Assembly: GCA_018816555.1 (NCBI GenBank)
Contig: JAHIVT010000086.1
Span: forward strand, 36,973 to 100,972
DNA: 64,000 nucleotides
Direction: 5' to 3'
Source: Pseudomonadota bacterium
Lineage (GTDB): Bacteria > Desulfobacterota > Desulfobulbia > Desulfobulbales > SURF-16
Shown: positions 11,423-19,947 of the stretch, piece by piece
Numbering within the stretch: position 1 is the stretch's first letter
Layout of the letters: every line of letters starts with the position of its first letter
The notes under the pieces: generated by a model
The model's input: only the letters and a program-made list of their open reading frames with translations
The model's database searches: none
Told to the model about the DNA's origin: nothing
Made by a program: the position numbers and the translations under genes

Positions 11423-11707
11423 TAAAATTGATTTTGCAATGGATTATGGAACGCCAACTCTGCCCCCCAAGATTTCAGAAATTCGAAAAAGTAACATTCG
11501 TGGTTAATAGAGCATAAGTATATCACTGGAGATTATTATGTCCTTTCCTTTCTTGCGTAAGCACTAAAATTGAAACTATTCCTGATGATCTTCGGAAAGG
11601 CTGGCGAGAGGCAGGCACGCCAATGATTCCAAGTCGGCGATGAACAGTAGGCATGTAAACCTGAGGGTAGTTTGATATTTTAAGATGTTCGATGGGGTAA
11701 TCTTAAG

Positions 11708-11831
11708 AGATAATCGCGGTGCTGACCGGCGGCGAAGCCGCCAGGAACGACCTGCATCGCCAGCAGCCCACCCGAACTTGCCGCGTCAACGCCGCCGCGC
11801 TTCTTGCCGTCTGTGAATGCAATTGTTAGTT
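11708..11831 (-). mobile_element. Degenerate attC-like recombination site
   Basis: Minus strand reads AACTAACAATTGCATTCAC-AGACGGC...GCCGCCGGTCAGCACCGCG-ATTATCT, starting ~12 nt after the stop of the 159-aa gene; GC-rich imperfect palindrome in AT-rich DNA; internal GGCGGC-GAA-GCCGCC hairpin; R' core imperfect. Confidence 0.65.
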
Positions 11832-11843
11832 TTTTTCTTTTTG

Positions 11844-12323
11844 TTATAATAACTTATCATCTACGTAAGATCTAAAAGAAGAAGGGTGGAAATGCTTTAC
11901 TTCTTCCCATCGGCTTCGGACAAAAGGTAGAGAAAATAAATCAGCTGCATCTTTAGCGAAATTTTCGAAATTAATATTTTCAATCATTGAATTTTTATAG
12001 TCGAGAAAAATCCTTAATGTATGATTGATTAGCATTGTGGCTAGCATTTGTTGCCTAGCCTCTTCTTTGTCCATATTGACACTGGACGAAAAAACTTTTA
12101 GCAATTCATCGTTTTTAATAATTTCGAGGTATAGATCACGGTGAGCATTAATTATTGAATGTTGTATCGAGCTAGAGCTTATTAAAGATTGTTTTTTTAG
12201 CTCAAGTTGCATAAGCTCGACAGTCCTTTTAGTGGTAGACCATAATAGGAATGTGCCAAAAGTGTAAACTGCCGTACATATAGCAATAAAAACTGTACTT
12301 ATCTCACTTGCATTCACTGCCAA
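11844..12323 (-). CDS. Single-TM helical protein, DUF6082-like
   Basis: N-terminal TM, then 'HRDLYLEIIKNDEL..RQQMLA..A.DLF..P..R..W...F..YVD' pattern; start TTG 12323 or GTG 12317; overlaps the upstream gene. Confidence 0.6.
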   Translation of the reverse strand: MAVNASEISTVFIAICTAVYTFGTFLLWSTTKRTVELMQLELKKQSLISSSSIQHSIINAHRDLYLEIIKNDELLKVFSSSVNMDKEEARQQMLATMLINHTLRIFLDYKNSMIENINFENFAKDAADLFSLPFVRSRWEEVKHFHPSSFRSYVDDKLL

Positions 12324-12891
12324 GCCCCCATATTTCTGTTTCTCTTATTGGCGTTGACAATGAAATAGTTTCTTCTTTTAATTTTACATAGCTTTCAATT
12401 AAGCTGTCTGGCACTTTATTGATACCTAAAAATGTCCCTATGAAATCATACTCAAGCAAGTAACATTCTTGGTCGTCAAAGAGCCAATAATCTTTCAAAA
12501 TAGGTACACTAGTTTTAAATGAAGGAAGTGTGTTAGTTATTATTACGGAAATATCTTCACCTGCATTTTGACTAGCATGATACCCCCATGCAACCTCATA
12601 TTTTAAATATGTTGAGAAAGGCTTTCTGGCCAACCTTACTCTTTTCATTTTTGCCTCTCTCTCGCAAGCCTCATTGATTATCCCAACCCAATCTTCGTTA
12701 GCATTCAGTGGAGGAGGCTCGCCTTTTAAAAATTTCTGATATTCCTCTAACTCACCGGATACATTATATATGTCAAGCATTTCTAGTCTGAATGCATTAT
12801 TTGAAAATTTAGAAAAGCAATTAAAAAAACTGGTAATATCTACAGGTTTAAGACTCTTGAAAATTTCAATTGGCTCCATACCTAATCCCAT
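12304..12891 (-). CDS. DUF6879-like protein
   Basis: 'AFRLEMLDIY', 'W...I......MKRVR', 'STYLKYE', 'AGEDI', 'DYWLFDD' motifs; start ATG 12891 or 12879. Confidence 0.75.
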   Translation of the reverse strand: MGLGMEPIEIFKSLKPVDITSFFNCFSKFSNNAFRLEMLDIYNVSGELEEYQKFLKGEPPPLNANEDWVGIINEACEREAKMKRVRLARKPFSTYLKYEVAWGYHASQNAGEDISVIITNTLPSFKTSVPILKDYWLFDDQECYLLEYDFIGTFLGINKVPDSLIESYVKLKEETISLSTPIRETEIWGLGSECK

Positions 12892-12905
12892 ATCTATGGC
12901 TTTGC

Positions 12906-12945
12906 AAAAAACGACAAGGGGGCAGATTTAGGTTGCCCCCTTGTC
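12906..12945 (-). terminator. Intrinsic terminator-like hairpin between cassette gene 1 and gene 2
   Basis: GACAAGGGGGCA (12913-12924) / TGCCCCCTTGTC (12934-12945) 12-bp stem, followed by G-TTTTTT on the minus strand. Confidence 0.7.
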
Positions 12946-12953
12946 CCTGTTGC

Positions 12954-13184
12954 TTATTTCATATTCTGAATCAAGTTTTTCAGCAATTCTTCTGTAACCT
13001 CAACAACCGTTTCATTTTCTGGAGGGTTAATGGTTTCTGTGATATTGCTGTCAACAATGACACCCTGGACAAAAAAACGACCGTCTTTACTTTTGTAGAT
13101 CGTGGGGCATATTCCACCTTTACATATTCTTGGGCCACCACTATTGTTATAAGCGATCACTTCCAATTCAATTTTTGATTTCAT
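12954..13184 (-). CDS. Small (76 aa) protein with 'CKGGICPTIY...VQG...ETVVEV' motif, of the type seen upstream of DUF6879 genes
   Basis: Strong AGGAGG RBS before ATG 13184; motif resembles small actinobacterial DUF6879 partner proteins. Confidence 0.7.
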   Translation of the reverse strand: MKSKIELEVIAYNNSGGPRICKGGICPTIYKSKDGRFFVQGVIVDSNITETINPPENETVVEVTEELLKNLIQNMK

Positions 13185-13217
13185 TATGCCTCCTATATTT
13201 TATGTTTCTGTGTAGCA

Positions 13218-13230
13218 GGTCAATTTGACC
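13218..13230. promoter_or_regulatory. Perfect palindrome GGTCAA-T-TTGACC, candidate operator overlapping a -35-like TTGACC
   Basis: ~35-45 nt upstream of the 76-aa gene start. Confidence 0.4.
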
Positions 13231-13245
13231 CATGTTTCTTTTTTA

Positions 13246-13345
13246 GAACTCACGTCCCGAGTTGAGCGGCGCGCCACCTATATTATTATCTAGCGCGAGA
13301 TAATATCAAACCATCACTGAACATCCAATTCCGGCTACACCCCCC
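13246..13345 (-). mobile_element. Partial attC-like site (distal half) upstream of the three-gene cassette
   Basis: Minus strand ...GGCGCGCCGCTCAACTCGGGAC-GTGAGTT resembles attC ends (...TYAACTC....CGTTAG) with GTT>GTG; inner hairpin TATTATCT/AGATAATA; proximal half not found. Confidence 0.45.
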
Positions 13346-13666
13346 CCAAAAAAGCACTCCCCAAATCGTGTCATTTGGCAATATCGGGACAATGTTTTGG
13401 TATTATTACCTATCCTGACAATCTTTACAAAATGATGGAGCATATGCAAATATGGCAAATTGTCGCGGCTATTTATGAAATACACAAATCGGGAGATTAG
13501 AATTGGAAATCTAATGCATTGAATGGAAAAGGGAATTTAAGATGTTTCCTGAAAAGGTCTTGGCAAGCTGTCAGCTGGATAGTTTCCGAAATTATGTATA
13601 ACCTCTGAATGCCCTGCCACTTCGGCTTAGCAAGCTGTCCATTTCATCTTGTCCTCCTGCGTGGAA

Positions 13667-13740
13667 TTAAGCATAACGTGTCGCTGTTGAGATTTAAGCA
13701 TAAAATGGCAAAACCATTGGTTTATGCTTAAACCCACAGC
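13667..13740. repeat. Triple TTAAGCATAA motif including a perfect 12-bp inverted repeat
   Basis: TTAAGCATAA 13667-13676; TTTAAGCATAAA 13693-13704; TTTATGCTTAAA 13721-13732; outer GCTGT/ACAGC. Confidence 0.7.
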
Positions 13741-13807
13741 ATAGGGAGCATTATTGTTTTTTTCGCGATAAAGTAATCGGGCCAGAGAGCAATTTTTGAA
13801 GATGCCT

Positions 13808-15823
13808 TTAAAAAAGAACCGATTTGTTGCCGCCCCCCTCTTTGGCCCTGGTCAAGGCGTCATCAGCCATTTTTACAAACTGCTCCCTGGTAATTTCTTT
13901 GGCGAAATCAAGGGCGGAAACCCCCAGGGAGATAGTGCGGCAGATAGCCCCGCCTTCATGGTCAATCGCTAGCTTCTCTGTCTTTTGTCGTATCTGTTCA
14001 GCCAGGGCCATGGCATTTTCAGCCGTGGTACCCGGCAGGATGACAACAATTTCCTCTTCTCCATACCGGGCGACCGTGTCCACATTGCGGATCAGCGAGA
14101 CCACAAGAGCTGCCAGGGCCTGCAGAAAGGCATCCCCGGCCGCAGGGCCATGGATGTCATTGATGGATTTGAAGCGGTCAACATCTATGAGAATGAGCGA
14201 GAGAGGCCTCAGGTGGCGCATTGCCCGGTCAAATTCCTCGGTGAGTTTTGTGTTGAAATAAGGCCGGTTGAAAATGTTAGTGAGGGCATCAATGGTGACC
14301 AGACGGCGCAGTTGATGCTCCATTTTTCTCTGCTCGGAAATATCACGGGTCATGGCGGTGAAAATCCATTGCCCGTTTTCTTTGGCGACACTTACCGACA
14401 GCTGCACAGGGATCGTTCTGCCGTCGCGGTGCAGGGCGGTTACCTCCTGCTGTCTGCCGACCATGCCGGATTTGCCTCCTGCAAGAAACTGTTTGATATA
14501 CCGATCATGCTCTGCAGCCAGCGGCGGAGGCATGAGCATGTTGATGCTGCGGCCGACTGCCTCCTCCGGGGTGTAGCCGAATATGCGGGCGGCTGCCGGA
14601 TTAAAGGTGGTGATGATTCCCTGCTCGTTAATACTGATGATCCCTTCCGGGACATTATCCAGCAAGGTCAGAAGTCTGGTTTCTTTTTCCTGCAGTTTAT
14701 CCCGGGAAGCATTGCGTTGGGCGGTTATGTCGGCCAGCAGCCAGGCGGTGACGGCTAAGAGCAGGAAAAGAACGGCGTCAAAATAGACCAGGTTTTTACC
14801 CAGAGGAAAAGAGCCGCCATGCAAGCTTGTCGCCGGGACAAAGGAAATAAGCTTCCAGTAATACTCCTCGCTCTGCCCGGAATAACAGCCGCATGGCCCG
14901 TCAGGATTCAGGTAGGCCCTGCGCGGCTCAAGAACAGATAACTGCGGATAGAAGGTGATAAAGGTATAAAGCCCTTCCCCTTTGAGGATATGCCCTTTTT
15001 CTGTGAAGGAAATGGATTCCCAGGCAGAGGGAAAACGAGCCTGGAAGGTCTGGTCTTTCCTGTCCGGGTAGAGAAAACCCCATTCTGCCTGGGGCGTTGG
15101 ACCAAGCAGATAGAAACCCTGCCCGTTGACGAGATAGATTGCCCGCTGTTTTTCCTGGGCGAGTTTCCGCAGCGGTTGCAGCAGATGGTCGGCGAGATAG
15201 GTCAGGATGATGACGCCCCTCTTCTGGCCGGCGCGGTCAAATACCGCAATCCCGCAGGTAATCACCGGGGTAGGGGGATTGTCGATCTTGCCCATGTCGC
15301 TGTTCAGCGTAATGGGGGACATATAGAATTCCCCGGCTTTCAGCTTCATGATATTCTCGAAATAGTCGCGGTTTCCCACATACTGCAGTTCTTCTTGCGG
15401 GACAAATTTGGGCTGTCCGTAATTGTAGTTGACCCGGATGACTTCCTGACCCTGCCGGTCGATAAAGCGAATCCTGTCGTAGAGCTGGCGGAGGGTGGAA
15501 AAGGCAAGAAATTCGGCGGTCAGCGCAGTTAAAGAATCTTCCGTGCCATGGTTAACAAAGGCAAGCATCTCCTGCTGGGAGGCGAGCAGTTTCAGGTCCG
15601 ACACCACGGATTTAAGGGGGGGGATTAATGACTCCCGCTGATTTTCCAGCAGGAACATTTCATTGTTTTTCAGCAGTTCCTCTCTGGCGGTTGATTCTTT
15701 CTGGTAGAAGACGACGGATAGGGCGAAGAGGACAAGGATACCCGGTAGAAAAACAACAACAAAGTTTTTGAGGCGGGCCTTGGCATTTTTCCCGGTGATA
15801 GGTGAAGAATTTTTGTCATTCAT
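13808..15823 (-). CDS. Cache-PAS-GGDEF protein (variant GEEEI active-site motif)
   Basis: TM-Cache ('NRDYF')-TM, FixL-like PAS ('INMLMP...EHDRYI'), GGDEF with 'DVDRFKSIND' and 'RYGEEEI'. Confidence 0.88.
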   Translation of the reverse strand: MNDKNSSPITGKNAKARLKNFVVVFLPGILVLFALSVVFYQKESTAREELLKNNEMFLLENQRESLIPPLKSVVSDLKLLASQQEMLAFVNHGTEDSLTALTAEFLAFSTLRQLYDRIRFIDRQGQEVIRVNYNYGQPKFVPQEELQYVGNRDYFENIMKLKAGEFYMSPITLNSDMGKIDNPPTPVITCGIAVFDRAGQKRGVIILTYLADHLLQPLRKLAQEKQRAIYLVNGQGFYLLGPTPQAEWGFLYPDRKDQTFQARFPSAWESISFTEKGHILKGEGLYTFITFYPQLSVLEPRRAYLNPDGPCGCYSGQSEEYYWKLISFVPATSLHGGSFPLGKNLVYFDAVLFLLLAVTAWLLADITAQRNASRDKLQEKETRLLTLLDNVPEGIISINEQGIITTFNPAAARIFGYTPEEAVGRSINMLMPPPLAAEHDRYIKQFLAGGKSGMVGRQQEVTALHRDGRTIPVQLSVSVAKENGQWIFTAMTRDISEQRKMEHQLRRLVTIDALTNIFNRPYFNTKLTEEFDRAMRHLRPLSLILIDVDRFKSINDIHGPAAGDAFLQALAALVVSLIRNVDTVARYGEEEIVVILPGTTAENAMALAEQIRQKTEKLAIDHEGGAICRTISLGVSALDFAKEITREQFVKMADDALTRAKEGGGNKSVLF

Positions 15824-15826
15824 AAT

Positions 15827-15930
15827 TGATGGCTTCGCAAAAAAGTCCCGTTACCCAATTCCCGTGACGATAAATCAGGAAGTTATTATGCACTGTACGG
15901 CTTGTCGAGAGGGTTTTCGCGAGACAGTCA
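15827..15930. mobile_element. 104-bp MITE-like element with TAAT flanking duplication
   Basis: Ends TGATGGCTTCGCAAAAAAGTCCC / GGGTTTTCGCGAGACAGTCA form an imperfect inverted repeat; TAAT at 15823-15826 and 15931-15934. Confidence 0.6.
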
Positions 15931-16068
15931 TAATTGAAAATTCCATGCCGGAGATGAAGGTGAGTAACCTCTGTAATTCTATTGATAAAACCGGCACATA
16001 GCAAGGGAAATTCCTGTGCGTTTCTTTTATCGCTTTACCAATGATAGTAATTGCTATAAATTAAATTC

Positions 16069-19000
16069 ATGAATTCCCCCGATATTTCACTTCCTCAGGA
16101 TAACTCCCCACGTTTGCTCAGAAATGTCGTCTTTTTCGGCGTAAGTATCGGCCTGTTTATTCTTGCCTTCAACTGGTGGTCCTTCATGAAAATTAATGCT
16201 GAAAGGGATCTCTATCGTTCTCTGCAGCAGGAAATGTTTTCGCTGGAAAAGGAAGTCAACCGGGTTGTTCTGCTGGAACGGGACGTCATCAATCAGCTGC
16301 TTGAAAAAGGAGAGCTGCAGGCGGGCGTTATTAAACAGTCGAATTTCCTGAACGTCTTGGGAAAATATCAGCATCTGGCTGATACGACCCGCACCGGAGG
16401 ATTTTTCGCAGACTTTACGAAAGCGCTGCAGCGTCTGGAGGAAAATCGGATACAGGGCGCTGACTGGCGCGGACGTTACAATCAGCTGCTTGCTGAGAAT
16501 GGGAAAGTCGGGCAGAAGCCGCACGATCTTCTGGTAAAGATTAGGCAGGAACTTGCCGCGTTTGAGGAGCTGCAGCGAAAAAAAGCTAAGGGGGGGGCAC
16601 TGCGCCGGAAGATGGCGGAAAATGAGCTCTCTGTCGCCCTTGCCGGGATGCGTCATGATGTGGAGACGCTCGCCGTGCTCTGTGACTTGATAGCGGTGGA
16701 GAGAGACCGGCAGCATCTGGAACATATCGAAATCACTCATGTCCAGCAGTTGCTGGCGCAGATTGCAGGCAGCATGCATTTTTTTAACCGGCATATGCCG
16801 AATGAATTGACGGCTGTTGCCGGGCAACTCGACCAATTTGCCATAAGTTTCTGGGGGGAAAATTATCAGAAAGGGCCCATAGGTGACATCATTACCCCCG
16901 GCACCGGCGGCTTTTATCATTTCCATAGACAGCGTATTGAGCTTGAACAGGAGCATGACAGGCTGAAGAATCATATATTCCAGGATTTTATCATGGTCCG
17001 CACCGCCCAGCAGAATTTAATGGACATGGCCGGTAACTATCTGGAGATGGAAAGCCGCACCATACAGAAGGTCCTGAACCGCACCTGGTTGATCATTGTC
17101 CTGACCAGTTTCTCCATGGCGTTTCTCTTTCTTCTCTTTTCGAGACGAATCATCAGAATCTGTGAAAAAAGAATTGTAGAACGCAGCGCCATGATCAGCG
17201 AACTCAGAAATTCCCACTGCCTCCTGGATCAGGTTTTTCAGACAGCCGGCAACGGCATGCGCATGATTGGAGCGGATTTCACTGTATTAAGGGTTAATGA
17301 CGTCTTTGCTGAGCTGGTGGGGGCGCCTAAAGAGACCCTGGAGGGAGGCAAATGTTTTGAGGTATTTCCCGGTCCCTTCTGCCACACCGAACAGTGCCCT
17401 GTTTTTCTTCTGCAGGATGGCAAAGAGAGGGTCGAGTTTGAGGTTGAAAAGCTGCGCGCTGACGGAAAATTGATCACCTGCCGGCTCAGGGCGGCCCCGC
17501 TGCACAATGAACAGGGAGAATTCTTGGGCATCATTGAAGATTTCCATGACATCAGCGATATGGTGCTGGCGGAGAAGATTCTGCGTCAGGCCAAGGAGTC
17601 GGCGGAGGCGGCTAATGAGATCAAAGGTGAATTTCTGGCCAATATGAGCCATGAAATACGCACACCTTTAAACGGCATCATGGGCATGACCGATCTGGTG
17701 CTGGGAACGCAGCTTTCTGCTGATCAGCGCCGCTTTCTGGAAATGGTGAAAACCTCGGCCAACAGATTGCTCGACGTGGTCAATGAGGTGCTTGATTTTT
17801 CCAAGATCGAGTCCGGTTCCCTGGAAATTGACCATATCCCCTTCAGTCTGTTTGATGTGGTGGGTAACTCATTGAATATTCTGGCCTTCAAGGCCCATGA
17901 TAAAGGCCTGCAGCTCACCTATGAAATCGAGCATGATCTGATTGACGGTTTTATCGGCGATCCGGGTCGTCTGCGGCAGATTCTTGTCAACCTGGTGGGA
18001 AACAGTATTAAATTCACCAGTGCCGGCAAGGTGTTGGTGACGGTAACAAAGGCAAAACCGGATGAATACCCGGAAAGGATCAAGCTGAAGAAAGGGGAGA
18101 GGGATATGGGCCTGCATTTTACGGTGGCGGATACCGGCATCGGCATCGCTCCTGAGATGCAGGAAAGAATTTTCCAGGCCTTCAGCCAGGTTGACGGTTC
18201 CTCTTCACGCCAACATGGCGGCGCCGGGCTCGGGCTCACCATCTGCGCTGAACTGATTAGCATGATGGGCGGCGAACTATGGCTGGAAAGTCAGCCGGGG
18301 GCGGGAACCACCTTTCATTTCACACTGCTGCTGCAGACCCAGGTCAAACAAACCAGGAAGTTTGAACCGCTGCCGGTGGGGGAACTGCAGCGCATGTCCT
18401 TCCTGGTGGTTGCCGGCGAGGCCTCTGGACGTTTTGTGTTAAAGGAGATGATCAATGAATGGACAAAGGATGTGCTGATTGCGGGTTCTGCAGAAGATGC
18501 CTTGAAGATGACGGTTGAGAAACGATTCAACGTGATTGTTCTCGATTCCCTGCCTGAGCATGATCAGCTGTTTGCTGTCGCCCACAAATTGCACCACATT
18601 GACAGAAATGCCAGGATCATCATGCTGACTGCCGCCGGCCAGCGTGGTGACGGGCAGCGTTGCCGGGAAGTGGGTATTGTCTCCTATCTGCTCAAGCCGG
18701 TAAGTAAGACCGAACTTCTCGAGGCTCTGCGTATGGTGTTGAGCAGGCCGGGAGATGCCGGACTGGAGATGCCCCTGGTGACCCGGCATTCCATCAGGGA
18801 AAGCCTGCATACGCTTAATGTGCTGCTGGCCGAAGATGAGGAGATCAACAGGGTGCTTGCCGTTGAACTGATCCGTGCCCAGGGATGGCGGGTGACCACG
18901 GCGGAAAACGGCAGGCAGGTTCTTGATGCCTTGCAGGATGACTCTTTTCATGTCATTTTAATGGACATGCAGATGCCGGAAATGGATGGATTCGAGGCGG

Positions 19001-19575
19001 TTTCCCTGATCCGGAAACGGGAGAAGCAGAGCGGTGAGCATATCCCGGTTATCGCCCTGACCGCCCATGCCATGACCATTGACCGGCAGAAATGTCTGGA
19101 TGCCGGGATGGATGGTTATGTGTCCAAGCCCATTGACATGAAGATCCTGAGGCAGGAAATGGAAAAGGTTCTCGGTATGGATTTGGCTATGAAAACAGTG
19201 ACCCTCACCCCGAAGAAAAAAGGGGCGGAATTTATTGATTACGATGCCTTCCTCTATGACAGCTGTAACGGTAAAGTGGAGCTTGCCAGGAAACTGCTCA
19301 GGCATCTGCTGCAGGTGAGCGGCCCCCAGTGGCTGGAGGAAGTGGAGGCCGCCATCGCTGCCGATGATGAGGCGAGACTGAGAAAGGTATGTCATTCCCT
19401 GAAGGGGACCGCTGCCACGGTATCCGCCCATGCCTTTGCCGAAGCCGGGGCGGAGCTGGGTAAACTTGCCCGGGAAGGCAGAATGAGCGAAACGCCGAAA
19501 GGATTTGAACAACTCAAAAAAGAATTTAATCGGATCGTGGAATGGGCCAGGGCAAGCGATCTTGATTTGCTTTAA
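16069..19575 (+). CDS. Hybrid sensor histidine kinase (TM-periplasmic-TM-PAS-HisKA-HATPase-pseudoREC-REC-Hpt)
   Basis: '[15 protein letters not shown]'; Cys-containing PAS 'KCFEVF...FCHTEQCP'; first REC lacks the acidic pair; Hpt 'CHSLKG'. Confidence 0.93.
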   Translation: MNSPDISLPQDNSPRLLRNVVFFGVSIGLFILAFNWWSFMKINAERDLYRSLQQEMFSLEKEVNRVVLLERDVINQLLEKGELQAGVIKQSNFLNVLGKYQHLADTTRTGGFFADFTKALQRLEENRIQGADWRGRYNQLLAENGKVGQKPHDLLVKIRQELAAFEELQRKKAKGGALRRKMAENELSVALAGMRHDVETLAVLCDLIAVERDRQHLEHIEITHVQQLLAQIAGSMHFFNRHMPNELTAVAGQLDQFAISFWGENYQKGPIGDIITPGTGGFYHFHRQRIELEQEHDRLKNHIFQDFIMVRTAQQNLMDMAGNYLEMESRTIQKVLNRTWLIIVLTSFSMAFLFLLFSRRIIRICEKRIVERSAMISELRNSHCLLDQVFQTAGNGMRMIGADFTVLRVNDVFAELVGAPKETLEGGKCFEVFPGPFCHTEQCPVFLLQDGKERVEFEVEKLRADGKLITCRLRAAPLHNEQGEFLGIIEDFHDISDMVLAEKILRQAKESAEAANEIKGEFLANMSHEIRTPLNGIMGMTDLVLGTQLSADQRRFLEMVKTSANRLLDVVNEVLDFSKIESGSLEIDHIPFSLFDVVGNSLNILAFKAHDKGLQLTYEIEHDLIDGFIGDPGRLRQILVNLVGNSIKFTSAGKVLVTVTKAKPDEYPERIKLKKGERDMGLHFTVADTGIGIAPEMQERIFQAFSQVDGSSSRQHGGAGLGLTICAELISMMGGELWLESQPGAGTTFHFTLLLQTQVKQTRKFEPLPVGELQRMSFLVVAGEASGRFVLKEMINEWTKDVLIAGSAEDALKMTVEKRFNVIVLDSLPEHDQLFAVAHKLHHIDRNARIIMLTAAGQRGDGQRCREVGIVSYLLKPVSKTELLEALRMVLSRPGDAGLEMPLVTRHSIRESLHTLNVLLAEDEEINRVLAVELIRAQGWRVTTAENGRQVLDALQDDSFHVILMDMQMPEMDGFEAVSLIRKREKQSGEHIPVIALTAHAMTIDRQKCLDAGMDGYVSKPIDMKILRQEMEKVLGMDLAMKTVTLTPKKKGAEFIDYDAFLYDSCNGKVELARKLLRHLLQVSGPQWLEEVEAAIAADDEARLRKVCHSLKGTAATVSAHAFAEAGAELGKLAREGRMSETPKGFEQLKKEFNRIVEWARASDLDLL

Positions 19576-19586
19576 CGGCAGGCGAG

Positions 19587-19923
19587 GGGGATAAGGGATA
19601 AGGCATTAGGCACAAGGCATAAGGGGATTAGGCACAAGGCATAAGGCACAAGGCAAAAGGGAAGGGGGATAAGGCGAGAGGCAAGAGGCAGAAGGTAGAA
19701 GGCGAGAGGCAGAAGGTAAGAGGTATAAGGGGGCGATAAATAAGTGAGGATTTGGGATTGGGGATTGCGGAATGCGGATTACCGGTTTAATCTTAGGCAA
19801 CAAGTTGGAATTGCCAGAAGAAAATATTTTACACCAACCCCATGATCATGCATTATTTTTGTGCCTTGTGCCTTGTGCCTTGTGCCTTATGCCTAATCCC
19901 CTTATGCCTAATGCCTTATGCCT
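19587..19923. repeat. Inverted pair of heptamer tandem-repeat arrays (GGCACAA/GGCATAA ... TTGTGCC/TTATGCC)
   Basis: Left array ~19587-19730, right array ~19858-19923 in reverse complement; both share the irregular GGGGATTA unit. Confidence 0.85.
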
Positions 19924-19947
19924 CTTTCCTTCTCACTCTTAAAAAAA

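Larger units (their letters stand above)
8960..13800. mobile_element. AT-rich horizontally acquired islet with integron-cassette-like structure
   Basis: Visible drop in GC relative to flanks; all genes on the minus strand; attC-like sequences; boundaries approximate; no integrase seen. Confidence 0.7.

Noticed and set aside
11423-11707. Short plus-strand ORF fragments upstream of the NERD gene
   Set aside because: Under 35 codons, frameshifted, no recognisable homology
13692-13732. Chromosomal dif site
   Set aside because: Arms carry an extra base, the spacer is far longer than 6 bp, and there is no XerC-type arm
8960-13800. Complete integron or prophage
   Set aside because: No intI, attI, integrase or phage genes; no attC recognised downstream of the NERD gene
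19587-19923. Possible CRISPR array, and the 65-aa ORF 19606-19803
   Set aside because: Units are contiguous 7-mers without unique spacers and no cas genes are present; the ORF is a translation of the repeat
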